Shown here in pieces: positions 1-10,273 of a stretch of 47,772 nucleotides of DNA. How positions within the stretch are numbered: position 1 is the stretch's first letter; every line of letters begins with the position of its first letter. The stretch is from Pseudomonadota bacterium (GTDB lineage Bacteria; Pseudomonadota; Alphaproteobacteria; Rhodospirillales; Magnetospirillaceae): NCBI GenBank assembly GCA_040751765.1, contig JBFMHS010000409.1:1-47772 (forward strand), written 5' to 3'. The notes under the pieces are model-generated. The model saw only the letters and a list, made by a program, of their open reading frames with translations, was not told the origin of the DNA and ran no database searches. A program made the translations under genes and the position numbers.

Positions 1-102
1 GCCCCGGATGGGCGGGTGGGGGGTGGGCGAAAGGTGGTTTCCTCGCCCCTCCCGGCCGATATAAGGTCAAGCTGTCCCGCCGCGCACCCGTGGAGACCCC
101 CT

Positions 103-852
103 ATGCTGCCCGCCCTCAATCCCGTCGTGGTCATTCCCGCCCGTCTCGCCGCCACCCGTCTGCCCGACAAGCCGCTGGCCGACATCCACGGCGAGCCGAT
201 GATCGTCCATGTCTGGCGCCGCGCGGTGAAGGCCGGCATCGGGCCGGTGGTGGTGGCCTGCGCCGAGCAGGTGGTGGCCGACGCGGTGACCGCCCATGGC
301 GGCACGGCGGTGCTGACCGATCCCGACCATCCCTCGGGGTCCGACCGGGTGTGGGAGGCGCTGGAGAAATGCGACCCCGAGCGCCAGTTCGGGGCGGTGG
401 TCAACGTCCAGGGCGACCTGCCGACCATCGATCCCATGGTGATCCGCGCGGTGTTCGACCCGCTCCAGGACCCGGCCGTCGACGTCGCCACCCTGGTCGC
501 CGAGATCCGGGACGAGGAGGAGCGGACCAATCCCAACGTGGTCAAGGCGGTGGTGGGTTTCGCCGACGGCGCCCGCGTCGCCCGCGCGCTGTATTTCAGC
601 CGCGCCACCGTGCCCGCCAATCCGGGGCCGCACTACCATCACATCGGCCTTTACGCCTACACCCGGCCGGCGCTGGAGCGCTTCGTCAAGCTGCCCCAGG
701 GCGTGCTGGAGAAACGCGAGAAGCTGGAGCAGCTGCGGGCGCTTGAGAACGGCATGCGCATCGATGCCGCCTTGGTTGACACGGTTCCGCTGGGTGTCGA
801 TACTCCCGCCGATCTCGAAAAGGCGCGGGCGATGATCGCCTCCGGCGCCTGA
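103..852 (+). CDS. kdsB: 3-deoxy-manno-octulosonate cytidylyltransferase (CMP-KDO synthetase)
   Basis: ORF 16..852. The family-typical N-terminus '[31 protein letters not shown]' begins just after the ATG at 103, so I chose that ATG over the upstream GTG at 16. The 'VNVQGDLP' motif is present. Confidence 0.9.
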   Translation: MLPALNPVVVIPARLAATRLPDKPLADIHGEPMIVHVWRRAVKAGIGPVVVACAEQVVADAVTAHGGTAVLTDPDHPSGSDRVWEALEKCDPERQFGAVVNVQGDLPTIDPMVIRAVFDPLQDPAVDVATLVAEIRDEEERTNPNVVKAVVGFADGARVARALYFSRATVPANPGPHYHHIGLYAYTRPALERFVKLPQGVLEKREKLEQLRALENGMRIDAALVDTVPLGVDTPADLEKARAMIASGA

Positions 853-874
853 CCTCCTCAAGCCCGACGGCGCC

Positions 875-1744
875 ATGACCACCCAGCCCGACCCCAGCCG
901 CGCGATCGCCTTCCAGGGGCTGCCCGGCGCGTATTCGCACCTGGCCTGCCGCAATGCCTATCCCAGCATGGCGCCGCTGCCCTGCCAGACCTTCGAGGAC
1001 GCCTTCGCCGCCGTGCGCGAGGGCCGGGCGCGCTATGCCATGATCCCCATCGACAATTCGGTGGCGGGCCGGGTGGCCGACGTGCACCATCTGATGCCCT
1101 ATTCGGGCCTGCACATCATCGCCGAGCACTTCGAGCGCATCAATCACCACCTCCTGGCCCTGCCCGGGGCCGAGATCGGCGACCTGGTGGCGGTCAAAAG
1201 CCACGTCCACGCCCTGGGCCAGTGCCGCAACCTGATCCGCCAGCTCAACGTCCGCGCCATCGTCGGCCACGACACCGCCGGCGCCGCCAAGGAAGTCGCC
1301 GAGGCCGGCGACCGCACCATGGGCGCCATCGCCTCGGAACTGGCGGGCGAGACCTATGGCCTGGTGTCGCTGCGGGCGAACATCGAGGACGCCGAGCACA
1401 ACACCACCCGCTTCGTGGTCATCGCCCGCGAGGCCATGGAGCCCAACCCCAACCAGCCCTGCGTCACCACCTTCGTGTTCCGGGTCCGCAACGTGCCGGC
1501 GGCGCTGTTCAAGTCGCTGGGCGGCTTCGCCACCAACGGGGTGAACATCACCAAGCTGGAAAGCTATCTGGTCGGCGGCGAGTTCGTGGCGGCGCAGTTC
1601 TACGTGGACGTCGAGGGCCACCCCGCCCACCGCAACCTGCGCCTGGCGCTGGAGGAACTGGACTTCTTCAGCCACGAGGTCCGCATCCTCGGCGTCTACC
1701 CGGCGCACCCCTTCCGCCTCGCCCAGCGGGCGGCGGGGGAGTAG
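875..1744 (+). CDS. pheA: Prephenate dehydratase, monofunctional (PDT plus ACT domain, no chorismate mutase domain)
   Basis: 289-aa ORF with 'IAFQGLPGAYSHLA', 'TRFVVI' and a C-terminal ACT-like region 'FRVRNVPAALFKSLGGFATNGVNITKLESY'. Confidence 0.92.
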   Translation: MTTQPDPSRAIAFQGLPGAYSHLACRNAYPSMAPLPCQTFEDAFAAVREGRARYAMIPIDNSVAGRVADVHHLMPYSGLHIIAEHFERINHHLLALPGAEIGDLVAVKSHVHALGQCRNLIRQLNVRAIVGHDTAGAAKEVAEAGDRTMGAIASELAGETYGLVSLRANIEDAEHNTTRFVVIAREAMEPNPNQPCVTTFVFRVRNVPAALFKSLGGFATNGVNITKLESYLVGGEFVAAQFYVDVEGHPAHRNLRLALEELDFFSHEVRILGVYPAHPFRLAQRAAGE

Positions 1745-1753
1745 GCGGTCCGA

Positions 1754-1777
1754 CCCTCGCCCGCGGGCGGGCGAGGG
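1754..1777. terminator. GC-rich perfect inverted repeat between convergent pheA and argB (candidate bidirectional terminator)
   Basis: ccctcgcccgc (1754-1764), gg, gcgggcgaggg (1767-1777). The arms are exact reverse complements. It lies in the 42-nt gap between two stop codons. No clear U-tract. Confidence 0.45.
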
Positions 1778-1786
1778 CGCGAAACC

Positions 1787-2704
1787 TCAGTCCGCCTTGA
1801 TCAGCGTGCCGACGCCGTGGGGGGTGAACAGTTCCAGCAGCACCGCGTGGGGGACGCGGCCGTCGAGGATGACGGCGGCCTCGACGCCCTGGGCGACCGC
1901 CTCCAGGCAGGTCTCGACCTTGGGGATCATGCCGCCCGAGATGGTGCCGTCCTGGATGTAGTCGGCGACCTGGCTGGCGGTCATCTCGGGGATCAGGTTG
2001 CCCGACTTGTCCAGCACGCCGGCCACGTCGGTCAGCATCAGGAGGCGCCGGGCGCCCGAGGCGGCGGCGATGGCCCCGGCGGCGGTGTCGGCGTTGATGT
2101 TGTAGGTCTCGCCGGCCCCGCCCATGCCCACCGGCGCGATCACCGGGATGATGTCGGATTCCTGGAAGAAATCCAGGATGTGCGGAGTGATTTCGGCCGG
2201 CTCGCCGACGAAGCCGAGGTCGAGGATCTTCTCGATGTTGCTGTCGGGGTCCTTTTTGGTCCGGCGCAGCTTGCGGGCGCGGATCAGGTGTCCGTCCTTG
2301 CCCGACAGGCCCACCGCGAAGCCGCCGGCCTCGTTGATGGCCGAGACGATCTGCTTGTTGATCTTGCCCGACAGCACCATCTCGACCACCTCGACGGTGG
2401 CCTCGTCGGTGTAGCGCAACCCGTCGACGCGCGGGGTCTGGATGTCCAGCTTCTTCAGCATCTGGTCGATCTGCGGGCCGCCGCCATGGACCACCACCGG
2501 GTTGACGCCGACCTGCTTGAGCAGCACCACGTCGCGGGCGAACAGGCGCGACAGGTCCTCGGATTCCATGGCGTGGCCGCCGTATTTCACCACGATGGTT
2601 TCGTCCGAGTACTGGCGCATGAAGGGCAGCGATTCGGACAGCGTCTTGGCGCGCTCCAGCCAGGCCTTGCGGTCGTGCAGGATGTCGGGGGTGTCGTCGC
2701 TCAT
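1787..2704 (-). CDS. argB: Acetylglutamate kinase
   Basis: Within ORF 1787..3034. Internal Met '[32 protein letters not shown]...[10 protein letters not shown]', then '[10 protein letters not shown]'. Its ATG overlaps the engB stop (ATGA). Confidence 0.93.
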   Translation of the reverse strand: MSDDTPDILHDRKAWLERAKTLSESLPFMRQYSDETIVVKYGGHAMESEDLSRLFARDVVLLKQVGVNPVVVHGGGPQIDQMLKKLDIQTPRVDGLRYTDEATVEVVEMVLSGKINKQIVSAINEAGGFAVGLSGKDGHLIRARKLRRTKKDPDSNIEKILDLGFVGEPAEITPHILDFFQESDIIPVIAPVGMGGAGETYNINADTAAGAIAAASGARRLLMLTDVAGVLDKSGNLIPEMTASQVADYIQDGTISGGMIPKVETCLEAVAQGVEAAVILDGRVPHAVLLELFTPHGVGTLIKAD

Positions 2705-3402
2705 TTGGCGGGCTCCGGGTTGGCGAGCTGGACCAGTTCGGCACGCAACTCGGCGATGCCGACGTTCTTCTCGGAACTGGTGACGATCAGATTGGGATGG
2801 GCGGCGACGCGCTTCCTGATCTCGTCCTCGACGCGCTTGGTCACCGCCTCGAGTTCGGACGCCTTCAGCTTGTCGGCCTTGGTCAGCACCACCTGGTAGA
2901 CCACCGCCGCCTTGTCGAGCAGCTTCATCATGTCGCGGTCCACATCCTTGAGGCCGTGGCGCGAATCCACCAGCACCATGCAGCGGCGCAAGCTGGGGCG
3001 GCCCGACAGGTAGTGGCCGATCAGCCGCGTCCACCGCTCCACCATGTCCTTGGGCGCCTGGGCGAAGCCGTAGCCGGGCATGTCCACCAGGATCATGCGG
3101 CCCGAAACGTCGAAGAAGTTGAGCTGCTGGGTGCGGCCGGGGGTGTTGGAGGTGCGCGCCACCGTCGAGCGGCCGCAGATGGCGTTGATCAGCGACGACT
3201 TGCCGACGTTGGAGCGGCCGGCGAAGGCGACCTCGGGCAGGCCGAAGGGTGGCAGGGCGTCGAGGCTCTCGATGCCGCGCAGGAAGGTGATGTCGCGCGC
3301 GAACAGGAGCCGGCCGGCCTCGATCAGGCCGGCCGCTTCCTCTTCCGGGGTGGGCGCCGCGGGGGTCAGGCCTTCACTCCCGCCCTGCGCATGATGATCC
3401 AC
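2701..3402 (-). CDS. engB: Ribosome-biogenesis GTPase EngB/YihA
   Basis: C-terminal part of the run-through ORF 2701..5019: '[19 protein letters not shown]', 'DMPGYGF', 'LTKADK'. There is no in-frame ATG near the N-terminus. Candidate starts are GTG at 3402 (overlapping the yidC 3' end) or CTG at 3369, so the start is uncertain. Confidence 0.85.
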   Translation of the reverse strand: MDHHAQGGSEGLTPAAPTPEEEAAGLIEAGRLLFARDITFLRGIESLDALPPFGLPEVAFAGRSNVGKSSLINAICGRSTVARTSNTPGRTQQLNFFDVSGRMILVDMPGYGFAQAPKDMVERWTRLIGHYLSGRPSLRRCMVLVDSRHGLKDVDRDMMKLLDKAAVVYQVVLTKADKLKASELEAVTKRVEDEIRKRVAAHPNLIVTSSEKNVGIAELRAELVQLANPEPAK

Positions 3403-5084
3403 TGCTGCAGGATCGACAGGGTGTTGCTCCACGCCCAATAGATCACCAGGCCCGAGGCGAAGGTCGCCAGCATGAAGGTGAACACGATGGGCAGGATCTG
3501 GAACATCTTGGCCTGCACGGGGTCGGCCGGCTGCGGGTTCAGCTTCTGCTGCAGCCACATGGTGACGCCCATGATCAGCGGCCAGACGCCGATCATCAGG
3601 AAGGTCGGCGGATCCCACGGGATCAGGCCGAACAGGTTGAAGATGGAGGTCGGATCGGGCGCCGACAGGTCCTTGATCCAGCCGTAGAAGGGCGCGTGAC
3701 GCATCTCGATGGCCACGAACAGCACCTTGTAGAGGGCGAAGAACACCGGAATCTGGATCAGGATGGGCAGGCAGCCCGAGACCGGATTGACCTTCTCGCG
3801 CTTGTAGAGGGCCATCATCTCCTGCTGCATGCGCATCTTGTCGTCGCCGTAGCGCTGCTGCATGGCCTGGATCTGCGGCTGCAGCTTCTTCATCTTGGTC
3901 ATGGCGACATAGGACTTGTTCGCCAGGGGGAACATGATCGCCTTGATGACCACGGTCAGCGCCAGAATCGCCAGGCCCATGTTGCCCAGCATGCCGTTCA
4001 GCATGGTCAGCAGATAGAAGAAGGGCTTGGTCAGGAAGTAGAACCAGCCGAAGTCGATGGCCAGGTCGAAGCGCTCGACGCCGTATTTCTCGGCATACGC
4101 GTCCAGCAGGCTGACTTCCTTGGCGCCGGCGAACAGGTTGAAGCCGGCCTCGATGGACTGGCCCGGTTCGGCCACGCGCGGGCCGCCGGTGAAGTCCACC
4201 TGGTAACGGTCGCCGGTGTCGGTGCGCTGGTGCACGAAGCGGCCGGTGACCTCCTCCTTCTGGGTCGGGATCAGGGCGGTCAGCCAGTACTTGTCGGTGA
4301 TGCCCAGCCAGCCGCCGGTGGTCTTCTCGCGGATGACGCCGTCCTTGGCCAACTCGTCGTAGTCGACCTCCTTCAGCGTGCCGCCCAGCACGCCCAGCGG
4401 GCCCTCGTGCAGGATGTACATGCCCTCGGTGGTCGGGGTGCCGGTGCGCGACACCAGGGCGTAGGGATGCAGGGTGACCGGCTTGGTCCCGATGTTCTCC
4501 ACGCGCTGCTGGACGGTGAACATGTAGTTCTCGTCCACCGTGTAGGTGCGCATGAAGCGCAGGCCTTCGCCGTTGTCCCAGGCAAGGGTCAGCTTGCCGC
4601 CGGCGGTCAGTTCGGCGGCCGAGCCCTCGACGGGCTGCCACAGCGTATCGGCCTTCGGCGTCTTGACCGCCGGGTCGGCGGGCACCCAGCCGAATTCGGC
4701 GTAATAGGGCTGCGGCGCGGCGGCCGGCGACAGCAGCGTGATCTCGGGGCTGCCGCGGTCGGGGGTCTCGTGGTAGTTGGCCAAGGTCAGGTCGTCGACG
4801 CGGGCGCCGGCCAGCGAGATCGAGCCGTGCAGGCGCGGGGTGCGGATGGGCACCCGCTTGGCCTGGGCCAGGGCGGCGGCGCGGGTCTCGGCCGGGGTGG
4901 CCGGCTTGGCGGCGGCGGGGGCGTCGGCCTGGGCGGTTCCCTGCGGCACCGGCGGCACCGAGGTGGCGGCCTGGTCGGCGGACACCGGCGCCTGGGTCGG
5001 GGTGGTCGGGAACAGCCACTGGAAGCCGAACAGGATGGCGGCCGACAGGACGATGGCGAGGATCAGGTTACGCTGTTCGTTCAT
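3366..5084 (-). CDS. yidC: Membrane protein insertase YidC
   Basis: 572-aa ORF with an N-terminal TM segment, a large periplasmic domain and the conserved C-terminal 5-TM core ('[31 protein letters not shown]', '[20 protein letters not shown]'). Confidence 0.95.
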   Translation of the reverse strand: MNEQRNLILAIVLSAAILFGFQWLFPTTPTQAPVSADQAATSVPPVPQGTAQADAPAAAKPATPAETRAAALAQAKRVPIRTPRLHGSISLAGARVDDLTLANYHETPDRGSPEITLLSPAAAPQPYYAEFGWVPADPAVKTPKADTLWQPVEGSAAELTAGGKLTLAWDNGEGLRFMRTYTVDENYMFTVQQRVENIGTKPVTLHPYALVSRTGTPTTEGMYILHEGPLGVLGGTLKEVDYDELAKDGVIREKTTGGWLGITDKYWLTALIPTQKEEVTGRFVHQRTDTGDRYQVDFTGGPRVAEPGQSIEAGFNLFAGAKEVSLLDAYAEKYGVERFDLAIDFGWFYFLTKPFFYLLTMLNGMLGNMGLAILALTVVIKAIMFPLANKSYVAMTKMKKLQPQIQAMQQRYGDDKMRMQQEMMALYKREKVNPVSGCLPILIQIPVFFALYKVLFVAIEMRHAPFYGWIKDLSAPDPTSIFNLFGLIPWDPPTFLMIGVWPLIMGVTMWLQQKLNPQPADPVQAKMFQILPIVFTFMLATFASGLVIYWAWSNTLSILQQWIIMRRAGVKA

Positions 5085-5329
5085 GACATCCTAGTCCGGG
5101 TCTTCGGGTCCGGCACGGGATCGACCCCGCCGTCGTTCCAGGGGTGGCAGCGGCAGACGCGGCGTACCGCGAGCCACGAGCCGGCGATCGGTCCATGCTT
5201 GTCCACCGCCTCGAGCGCGTAGGCCGAGCACGACGGATAGAAGCGGCAGCTGGCCGGCAGCACCGGCGAAATGGCCAGCTGGTAGAAGCGGATCAGTCCG
5301 CGCAGCAGCAAGCTGATCGGATTGGTCAC
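5081..5329 (-). CDS. yidD: Membrane protein insertion efficiency factor YidD
   Basis: 82 aa, '[31 protein letters not shown]'. GTG start. The stop overlaps the yidC ATG. Confidence 0.9.
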   Translation of the reverse strand: MTNPISLLLRGLIRFYQLAISPVLPASCRFYPSCSAYALEAVDKHGPIAGSWLAVRRVCRCHPWNDGGVDPVPDPKTRTRMS

Positions 5330-5719
5330 CTACGCCTCCTTGGTGGCGGACGGGTCGGGGGTTTCCGGCCGTCTCGCGCCGACACGTTTTAGCGCGGTTC
5401 GCAAATCCTGCAATAGAAGAGAATATGGCCGGTTCAGCGTTTCCCTGCGGCCGATGACCACCAGATCGACATCGGCGGCGGCCAGCTCGGGCAGCAGCTC
5501 GTCGGCGGCCGCCTTCAGGCGCCGCCGCGCGCGGTTGCGTTCCACCGCGTTGCCCACCTTCTTGGAAACGGTAAAGCCGACGCGGGTGGCGTCGGCTCGA
5601 CTCTCCGGCGGCGTGGGGGCCGATTGCAGGATCAGGCCCGGAGCCGCCCATTTGCGCCGCAAGGCCGCGACGCGCAGGAAATCGGCCCGTTTCTTGAGCC
5701 TGACCAGGCGCGAAGCCAT
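5330..5719 (-). CDS. rnpA: RNase P protein component
   Basis: Within ORF 5330..5800. Start placed at 'MASRLVRLKKRADFLRV'. The basic 'KKVGNAVERNRARRRLK' RNR motif is present. It lies directly downstream of rpmH. Confidence 0.85.
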   Translation of the reverse strand: MASRLVRLKKRADFLRVAALRRKWAAPGLILQSAPTPPESRADATRVGFTVSKKVGNAVERNRARRRLKAAADELLPELAAADVDLVVIGRRETLNRPYSLLLQDLRTALKRVGARRPETPDPSATKEA

Positions 5720-5738
5720 CCCCAGGGCCGAACGGCCC

Positions 5739-5873
5739 TTAGGCCGACAGGCGCTTGCGGCCCTTGGCGCGGCGGCTGTTGATGACCTTGCGGCCGCCAA
5801 CGGTGGCCATGCGCGCGCGGAAGCCGTGGCGGCGGGCGCGGACGAGCTTGCTCGGCTGGAAAGTGCGCTTCAC
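5739..5873 (-). CDS. rpmH: 50S ribosomal protein L34
   Basis: '(V->M)[43 protein letters not shown]', 44 aa with a GTG start at 5873. The longer ORF extending to 5951 is not supported. Confidence 0.9.
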   Translation of the reverse strand: MKRTFQPSKLVRARRHGFRARMATVGGRKVINSRRAKGRKRLSA

Positions 5874-5974
5874 GATAGGTACTCCGGTCAGACAAACGGG
5901 TCTTAGGAAATTGGAAGGCGGGTTTATAGTCGTTGCGGCACCGAGAGTCAATCGCTGGTGGGAGTGTGGCGCAG

Positions 5975-6742
5975 ATGACCTGGGACCCTAAGACCTACAC
6001 CCGCTTCGCCGCGCCGCGTTTGCGTCCGGCGCAGGACCTGCTGGCCCGGGTCGGGGCCGAGGATCCGGCGGTGGTGGCCGACCTGGGCTGCGGCACCGGC
6101 ACCGTCACCCGGCTGCTGGCGCGGCGCTGGCCGAGGGCGCGGGTGATCGGCGTCGATTCCTCGGCCGAGATGCTGGACGAGGCCGGCGCCGACACCGCCC
6201 GGCTGGCCTGGGTGCGCGCCGACATCGCGGCATGGGAGCCGGACCGGCCGCTGGACGTGGTGTTTTCCAACGCCGCCCTGCACTGGCTCGACGACCACGC
6301 AGCCCTGTTCCCGCGCCTGATGGCGATGCTGGCCCCGGGCGGCTGGCTGGCGGTGCAGATGCCGCGCAACCACGGCGCCCCGTCGCACACCGAAATGGTG
6401 GCCGCCGTCCGCTCCGGCCCGTGGAGGGAGCGGTTGGAGCCGCTGCTGCGACCCGGCCCGGTGGCGGAGCCGGCCTTTTATCATGACGCGCTGGCGCCGC
6501 TGGTGTCGGAACTGGACCTCTGGGAGACGGAATACCTTCAGGTGCTGGAGGGGGAGGACCCGGTGGTGGAGTGGACGCGCGGCACCGCCCTCAAGCCGCT
6601 GCTCGACGCCCTCGCCGAGCCCGACCGCGCCGCCTTCCTGGCCGACTACCGCGACCGGATGCGTGCCGCCTATCCCCGCCGGCCCGACGGGCGGACCCTG
6701 TTCCCGTTCCGGAGGCTGTTCCTGGTGGCGCGGAAGGCCTAG
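5975..6742 (+). CDS. tam: Trans-aconitate 2-methyltransferase-like SAM-dependent methyltransferase
   Basis: '[26 protein letters not shown]...DLGCGTG...[12 protein letters not shown]...[12 protein letters not shown]' is collinear with the Tam family. Confidence 0.8.
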   Translation: MTWDPKTYTRFAAPRLRPAQDLLARVGAEDPAVVADLGCGTGTVTRLLARRWPRARVIGVDSSAEMLDEAGADTARLAWVRADIAAWEPDRPLDVVFSNAALHWLDDHAALFPRLMAMLAPGGWLAVQMPRNHGAPSHTEMVAAVRSGPWRERLEPLLRPGPVAEPAFYHDALAPLVSELDLWETEYLQVLEGEDPVVEWTRGTALKPLLDALAEPDRAAFLADYRDRMRAAYPRRPDGRTLFPFRRLFLVARKA

Positions 6743-7479
6743 TCCGCCGCGAAGAACCCTTCCGCCATCCGGCAGATCTCGTCCACCGCCACCGCCAGGA
6801 TGCGTTCGCCGGTCTCGGGGCTGGCCAGCGACGGGTCCGAGCCGATGCGGCCGTCGGGGAAGCTGGCGCGGAAATCGGCGGCGCCGTGGAAACCGCCGCG
6901 CGGCCCGACCCTCGGCTCCAGCGGGCGCGGGTCGGCGGTCCCGGGGTGCAGGGCCCAGGTCACCGCCACCTCGGGCGGGGTGGCGTGGCAGCCGACGGCA
7001 TCGCCGAACAACTCGCGCGAGACCGCGTCGACCTGGGGCAGCTCCCACCAGTTCAGCAGCCGCGTCCGCAGCCCGGGGCGCGGGGACCGGGCGTCCAGGT
7101 CCATCTGGGTCTCGGCGAAGGCGGCCAGCACGGTGCAGGAATTGCCGCCGTGGCCGTTGATCACCAGCACGCTGTCGAAGCCGTGGCTGACCAGGGACAG
7201 CAGGCAGTCGCGCATTACCGCCATCAGGGTGGATGGCCGCAGGGTCATGGAGCCGGGGAAGGCCATGTGGTGCTGGGCCATGCCGACGGCGAGGGTGGGG
7301 GCGACCATCACCCCCAGGCGTTCGCCGACCCGCCAGGCGATGGCCTCGGCGCACAGGGCATCGGTGCCGACCAGGCCGGTGGGGCCGTGCTGTTCGGTGG
7401 AGCCGATGGGCAGGATCACCGCCCGCGAGCGGGCGAGATAGGATTCGACCTGGGGCCAGGTGGCGAGTTGAAGGCGCAT
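6739..7479 (-). CDS. Creatininase/creatinine amidohydrolase-family protein
   Basis: Within ORF 6739..7644. Start at 'MRLQLATWPQVESYL'. Motifs 'PIGSTEQHGP' and 'VINGHGGN'. Confidence 0.8.
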   Translation of the reverse strand: MRLQLATWPQVESYLARSRAVILPIGSTEQHGPTGLVGTDALCAEAIAWRVGERLGVMVAPTLAVGMAQHHMAFPGSMTLRPSTLMAVMRDCLLSLVSHGFDSVLVINGHGGNSCTVLAAFAETQMDLDARSPRPGLRTRLLNWWELPQVDAVSRELFGDAVGCHATPPEVAVTWALHPGTADPRPLEPRVGPRGGFHGAADFRASFPDGRIGSDPSLASPETGERILAVAVDEICRMAEGFFAAD

Positions 7480-7689
7480 GGTCACTCCTTGCTGGTCGGT
7501 CCGATGTTCCATATGGGGGCGGCGGCCGGCAAGCGCGCTGTCACGCCGCGGTGCCGAAAAAGCGGGCAGCGGGCAAGGCGTTGGTTTTGCCCGCGTATTA
7601 GGCGATTTATGCTGCACTTGCTCACTGCAACCGGTTTGTCGCATAGTAGGCCGAATTGGTTAAATTCAGCCCACCCGGGGTCCACACAG

Positions 7690-8682
7690 ATGAGCGTCAC
7701 CGTCACCCGTCGCCGCGTCCTCACCGTGCTTGCCGCCGCCGCCGGCGTGCCCCTTCTGCTGCACGCCACCAAGGCCCAGGCCCGCCTGGTCAAGTGGGAA
7801 GGCACCGCGCTGGGCGCCCCGGCCAGCCTGTCCTTGTATCACCATGACGAGGCTTCGGCGCGCGCCGCCATCGATGCGGCAGTGGCCGAGCTGCGCCGCC
7901 TCGAGGGCATCTTCAGCCTGTACCGCGCCGATTCGGCCATGGCCACGCTCAACCGTGCCGGCCGCCTGGAGGCGGCGCCGGCCGAGCTGGTCGAGCTGAT
8001 GGGCCGGGCAGTGGAGACCGCCGCGCTGACCGGCGGCGCCTTCGATCCCACCGTTCAGCCTTTGTGGCAGGTCTATTTCGATCACTTCACCGCCGCCGAG
8101 CCCGACCCGGCCGGTCCCGCCGCGGAGGCGGTCGCCGCCGCCCGCGCGCTGGTGGACTGGCGCGCGGTGTCGATCGAGGCTGCGTCCATCCGCCTCGAGA
8201 AGCCCGGCATGGGCGTCACCCTCAATGGCATCGCCCAGGGGTACATCACCGATCGCGTCGCCGGGGTGCTGCGCTCCCACGGGCTCGAGCGCATGCTGGT
8301 GGACATGGGCGAGCCCAAGGCCCTGGCGGCCAAGCCCGACGGTTCGGCCTGGCGCATCGGCATCGCCGATCCCTCGGCGCCCGACCGCTCCATCACCACC
8401 GTCGACGTGGTCGATCGGGCGGTGGCGACCTCGGGCGGCTATGGCACCACCTTCGACGGCGCCGGCCGTTTCACCCATCTGATCGACCCCGCCTCCGGCG
8501 CCACCGCGCCGGCCCTGGCCGGGGTGACGGTGATCGCCGATTCGGCGGCCCGCGCGGACGCGCTGTCCACCGCCCTGGCGGTGGCGCCGGCCGGGCGCCG
8601 CGAGGCCATCGTCAAGGCCGCCGGCGGCGTCACCGCGCTATTCGTGGCCGCCGACGGCACCATCGCCACCATCGAGTCCTGA
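7690..8682 (+). CDS. apbE: FAD:protein FMN transferase ApbE (Tat-type signal 'RRRVLTVLAAAAG')
   Basis: C-terminal 330 aa of ORF 6571..8682: 'GAFDPTVQPL', 'LNGIAQGYITD', 'VATSGGY'. Confidence 0.85.
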   Translation: MSVTVTRRRVLTVLAAAAGVPLLLHATKAQARLVKWEGTALGAPASLSLYHHDEASARAAIDAAVAELRRLEGIFSLYRADSAMATLNRAGRLEAAPAELVELMGRAVETAALTGGAFDPTVQPLWQVYFDHFTAAEPDPAGPAAEAVAAARALVDWRAVSIEAASIRLEKPGMGVTLNGIAQGYITDRVAGVLRSHGLERMLVDMGEPKALAAKPDGSAWRIGIADPSAPDRSITTVDVVDRAVATSGGYGTTFDGAGRFTHLIDPASGATAPALAGVTVIADSAARADALSTALAVAPAGRREAIVKAAGGVTALFVAADGTIATIES

Positions 8683-8702
8683 CCCGCGAAGGAACGGCCG
8701 CC

Positions 8703-9650
8703 ATGGCCCCCACCATCGACACCGACCGCCTGGCCGCCGCCTGTCGCGAGCTGGCCCCCACGCCCAATCACGCCTCGCTGGTCAAGGCGGCACGCCAGCT
8801 CACCGGCCTCGACCTCAAGCTGGCCTGCGTCGACGCCGACTGGTACCGCCTGGGCGGCGTGGTCGATGCCCACGGCCGCAAGGTCGCCGACGACCTGGAG
8901 GACTGGGTCACCGCCGAGACCGGCGGCGACGTCACCGCGCTGTTCACCCGCTACGGCGACGCCGGCCTGCGCTTCACCCGCCACACCGGCCGCCGCGTCT
9001 ACCTGACCGCCGCCACCGGCCCCGACCCGCTGGATTTCGTCCAGGTCGAGGTGGACGCGGTGCAGGAGAAGATTTGCCGGCCGCTGTTCGAGGACGACTC
9101 GATCCCCGACACCATCAACGAGCTGGAGGCGCTGCCGCCGATCCCCGACGCGGTTCCGCTGACCCAGCCGGCCTATCTGTTCCGCCGCGTAACCGATGTC
9201 GCGGCGATGCCCGAACTGGTCTCCGAGCACAAGGGCGATCCCCGCCTGAAGCGCTTCGCCGCCGAATGGGCGGCCAGCAGCGCCGGGAAGGCGGGGGCGT
9301 TTTGCGAGCGGTGGGCGCTGCGCGTCACTCCCTATCGCAATTCCGACGGCGAGCACGTGCTGGAGGGCAAGCCGGTCACCTCGCTGAAGGTTGAGCTGCC
9401 CGACCTCCAGGCGGCGCGCGAGCACGCGGTGGACTACCATCCCGCCCGCTCGGTGCTGGCCATCGACCGCGAGGCCGGGTTCCCCATGGCGTGGTACTTC
9501 CTCCAGGTGGCCCGCCACTATGCCCACTACCGCTGCATCATCGACGTGCGCGACGACTTCCTGAAGGGCGGCGCCGGCATCGCTCCGCTGCCGGAGGCCG
9601 ACGCCCGGGTGGTCGAACGGTGGATCGACGACCCCTACAATTTCCACTGA
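8703..9650 (+). CDS. Hypothetical soluble protein, 315 aa, no family recognised
   Basis: C-terminal part of ORF 8064..9650, from the ATG at 8703. GC3-rich codon usage like its neighbours. 20 nt after the apbE stop and 2 nt before the rseC start. Confidence 0.7.
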   Translation: MAPTIDTDRLAAACRELAPTPNHASLVKAARQLTGLDLKLACVDADWYRLGGVVDAHGRKVADDLEDWVTAETGGDVTALFTRYGDAGLRFTRHTGRRVYLTAATGPDPLDFVQVEVDAVQEKICRPLFEDDSIPDTINELEALPPIPDAVPLTQPAYLFRRVTDVAAMPELVSEHKGDPRLKRFAAEWAASSAGKAGAFCERWALRVTPYRNSDGEHVLEGKPVTSLKVELPDLQAAREHAVDYHPARSVLAIDREAGFPMAWYFLQVARHYAHYRCIIDVRDDFLKGGAGIAPLPEADARVVERWIDDPYNFH

Positions 9651-9652
9651 CC

Positions 9653-10123
9653 ATGGCCGAGCTCGTCGAGGGGTTCGCCCGGGTGGTGGCGGTCGCGGAC
9701 GGCAAGGCCTGGCTGGAGCCCGAGCCGGCCGCCGCCTGTGGCGGCTGCGCCGCCAAGGCCGGCTGCGGCACCGCCTATATCCGCCCCGGCAAGGGCCAGC
9801 GGCGCTTCGCCGTCGCCGACGATTTCCATGCCCGCGTCGGCGACCGGGTGGTGGTCGGCCTTGATCAGGCGGTGCTGACCCGCGCCTCGGCGGTCGCCTA
9901 TCTGCTCCCCATCGCCCTGGTGGTCGGGATGGCGGTCCTGGCTTCGCTGCTGGGCGCCAGCGACGCCGGCACGGCCGCCGCCTCGGTGGTCGGCCTGGTC
10001 GCCGGCATCGGGCTGGCGCGGTGGCGGGCCGGCCGCATGGCGCGGTCGGGCGACTTGACGCCGGTGGTGCTGCGGCGGCTGTCGGCCGACGACGCCTGCT
10101 CCTCCGGGCAGGGGGAGGCTTGA
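9653..10123 (+). CDS. rseC: RseC/MucC-family (SoxR-reducing system) membrane protein
   Basis: Within ORF 9491..10123. 'GFARVVAVADGKAWLEPEPAAACGGCAAKAGCG' Cys motif followed by two TM helices. Confidence 0.75.
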   Translation: MAELVEGFARVVAVADGKAWLEPEPAAACGGCAAKAGCGTAYIRPGKGQRRFAVADDFHARVGDRVVVGLDQAVLTRASAVAYLLPIALVVGMAVLASLLGASDAGTAAASVVGLVAGIGLARWRAGRMARSGDLTPVVLRRLSADDACSSGQGEA

Positions 10124-10225
10124 CCTCCGGCAAGGTGGTCACGGCGCCGCCCGGACCATCGTCCAGGGTCGCGAAGGCGCGGAAAACCGCCATTTCTTGA
10201 GAGAAAGCGCATATTGCGGCGCAGT

Positions 10226-10273
10226 CAGAAACCACAAGGTTTCTGGCGTCTTGGGGTGGGAAGAGGCCCACCC
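10226..10273 (+). terminator. Two consecutive perfect hairpins downstream of rseC, in the rnfA leader (terminator or structured leader)
   Basis: cagaaacc-acaa-ggtttctg (10226-10245) and gggtggg-aagagg-cccaccc (10254-10273). Both stems are exact. Confidence 0.35.

Noticed and set aside
2701-5019. A 772-aa ORF that appears to extend engB far upstream. Similar N-terminal extensions appear on ORFs 6571..8682 (ApbE), 8064..9650, 13376..14815 (RnfG), 36326..37678 (chorismate mutase), 38888..40561 (UbiV) and 42111..43364 (LysE).
   Set aside because: Only the C-terminal portions show family-typical sequence. The upstream parts overlap other well-supported genes in another frame and have artefact-like composition. 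I used internal starts with an RBS or with overlap coupling instead.
7653-7667. The palindrome GAATT-GGTTA-AATTC, containing a TTAA, upstream of apbE. I considered it as a CtrA or other operator site.
   Set aside because: It matches neither TTAA-N7-TTAA nor TTAACCAT. A single short AT palindrome in a promoter region is weak evidence and I cannot tie it to any regulator.
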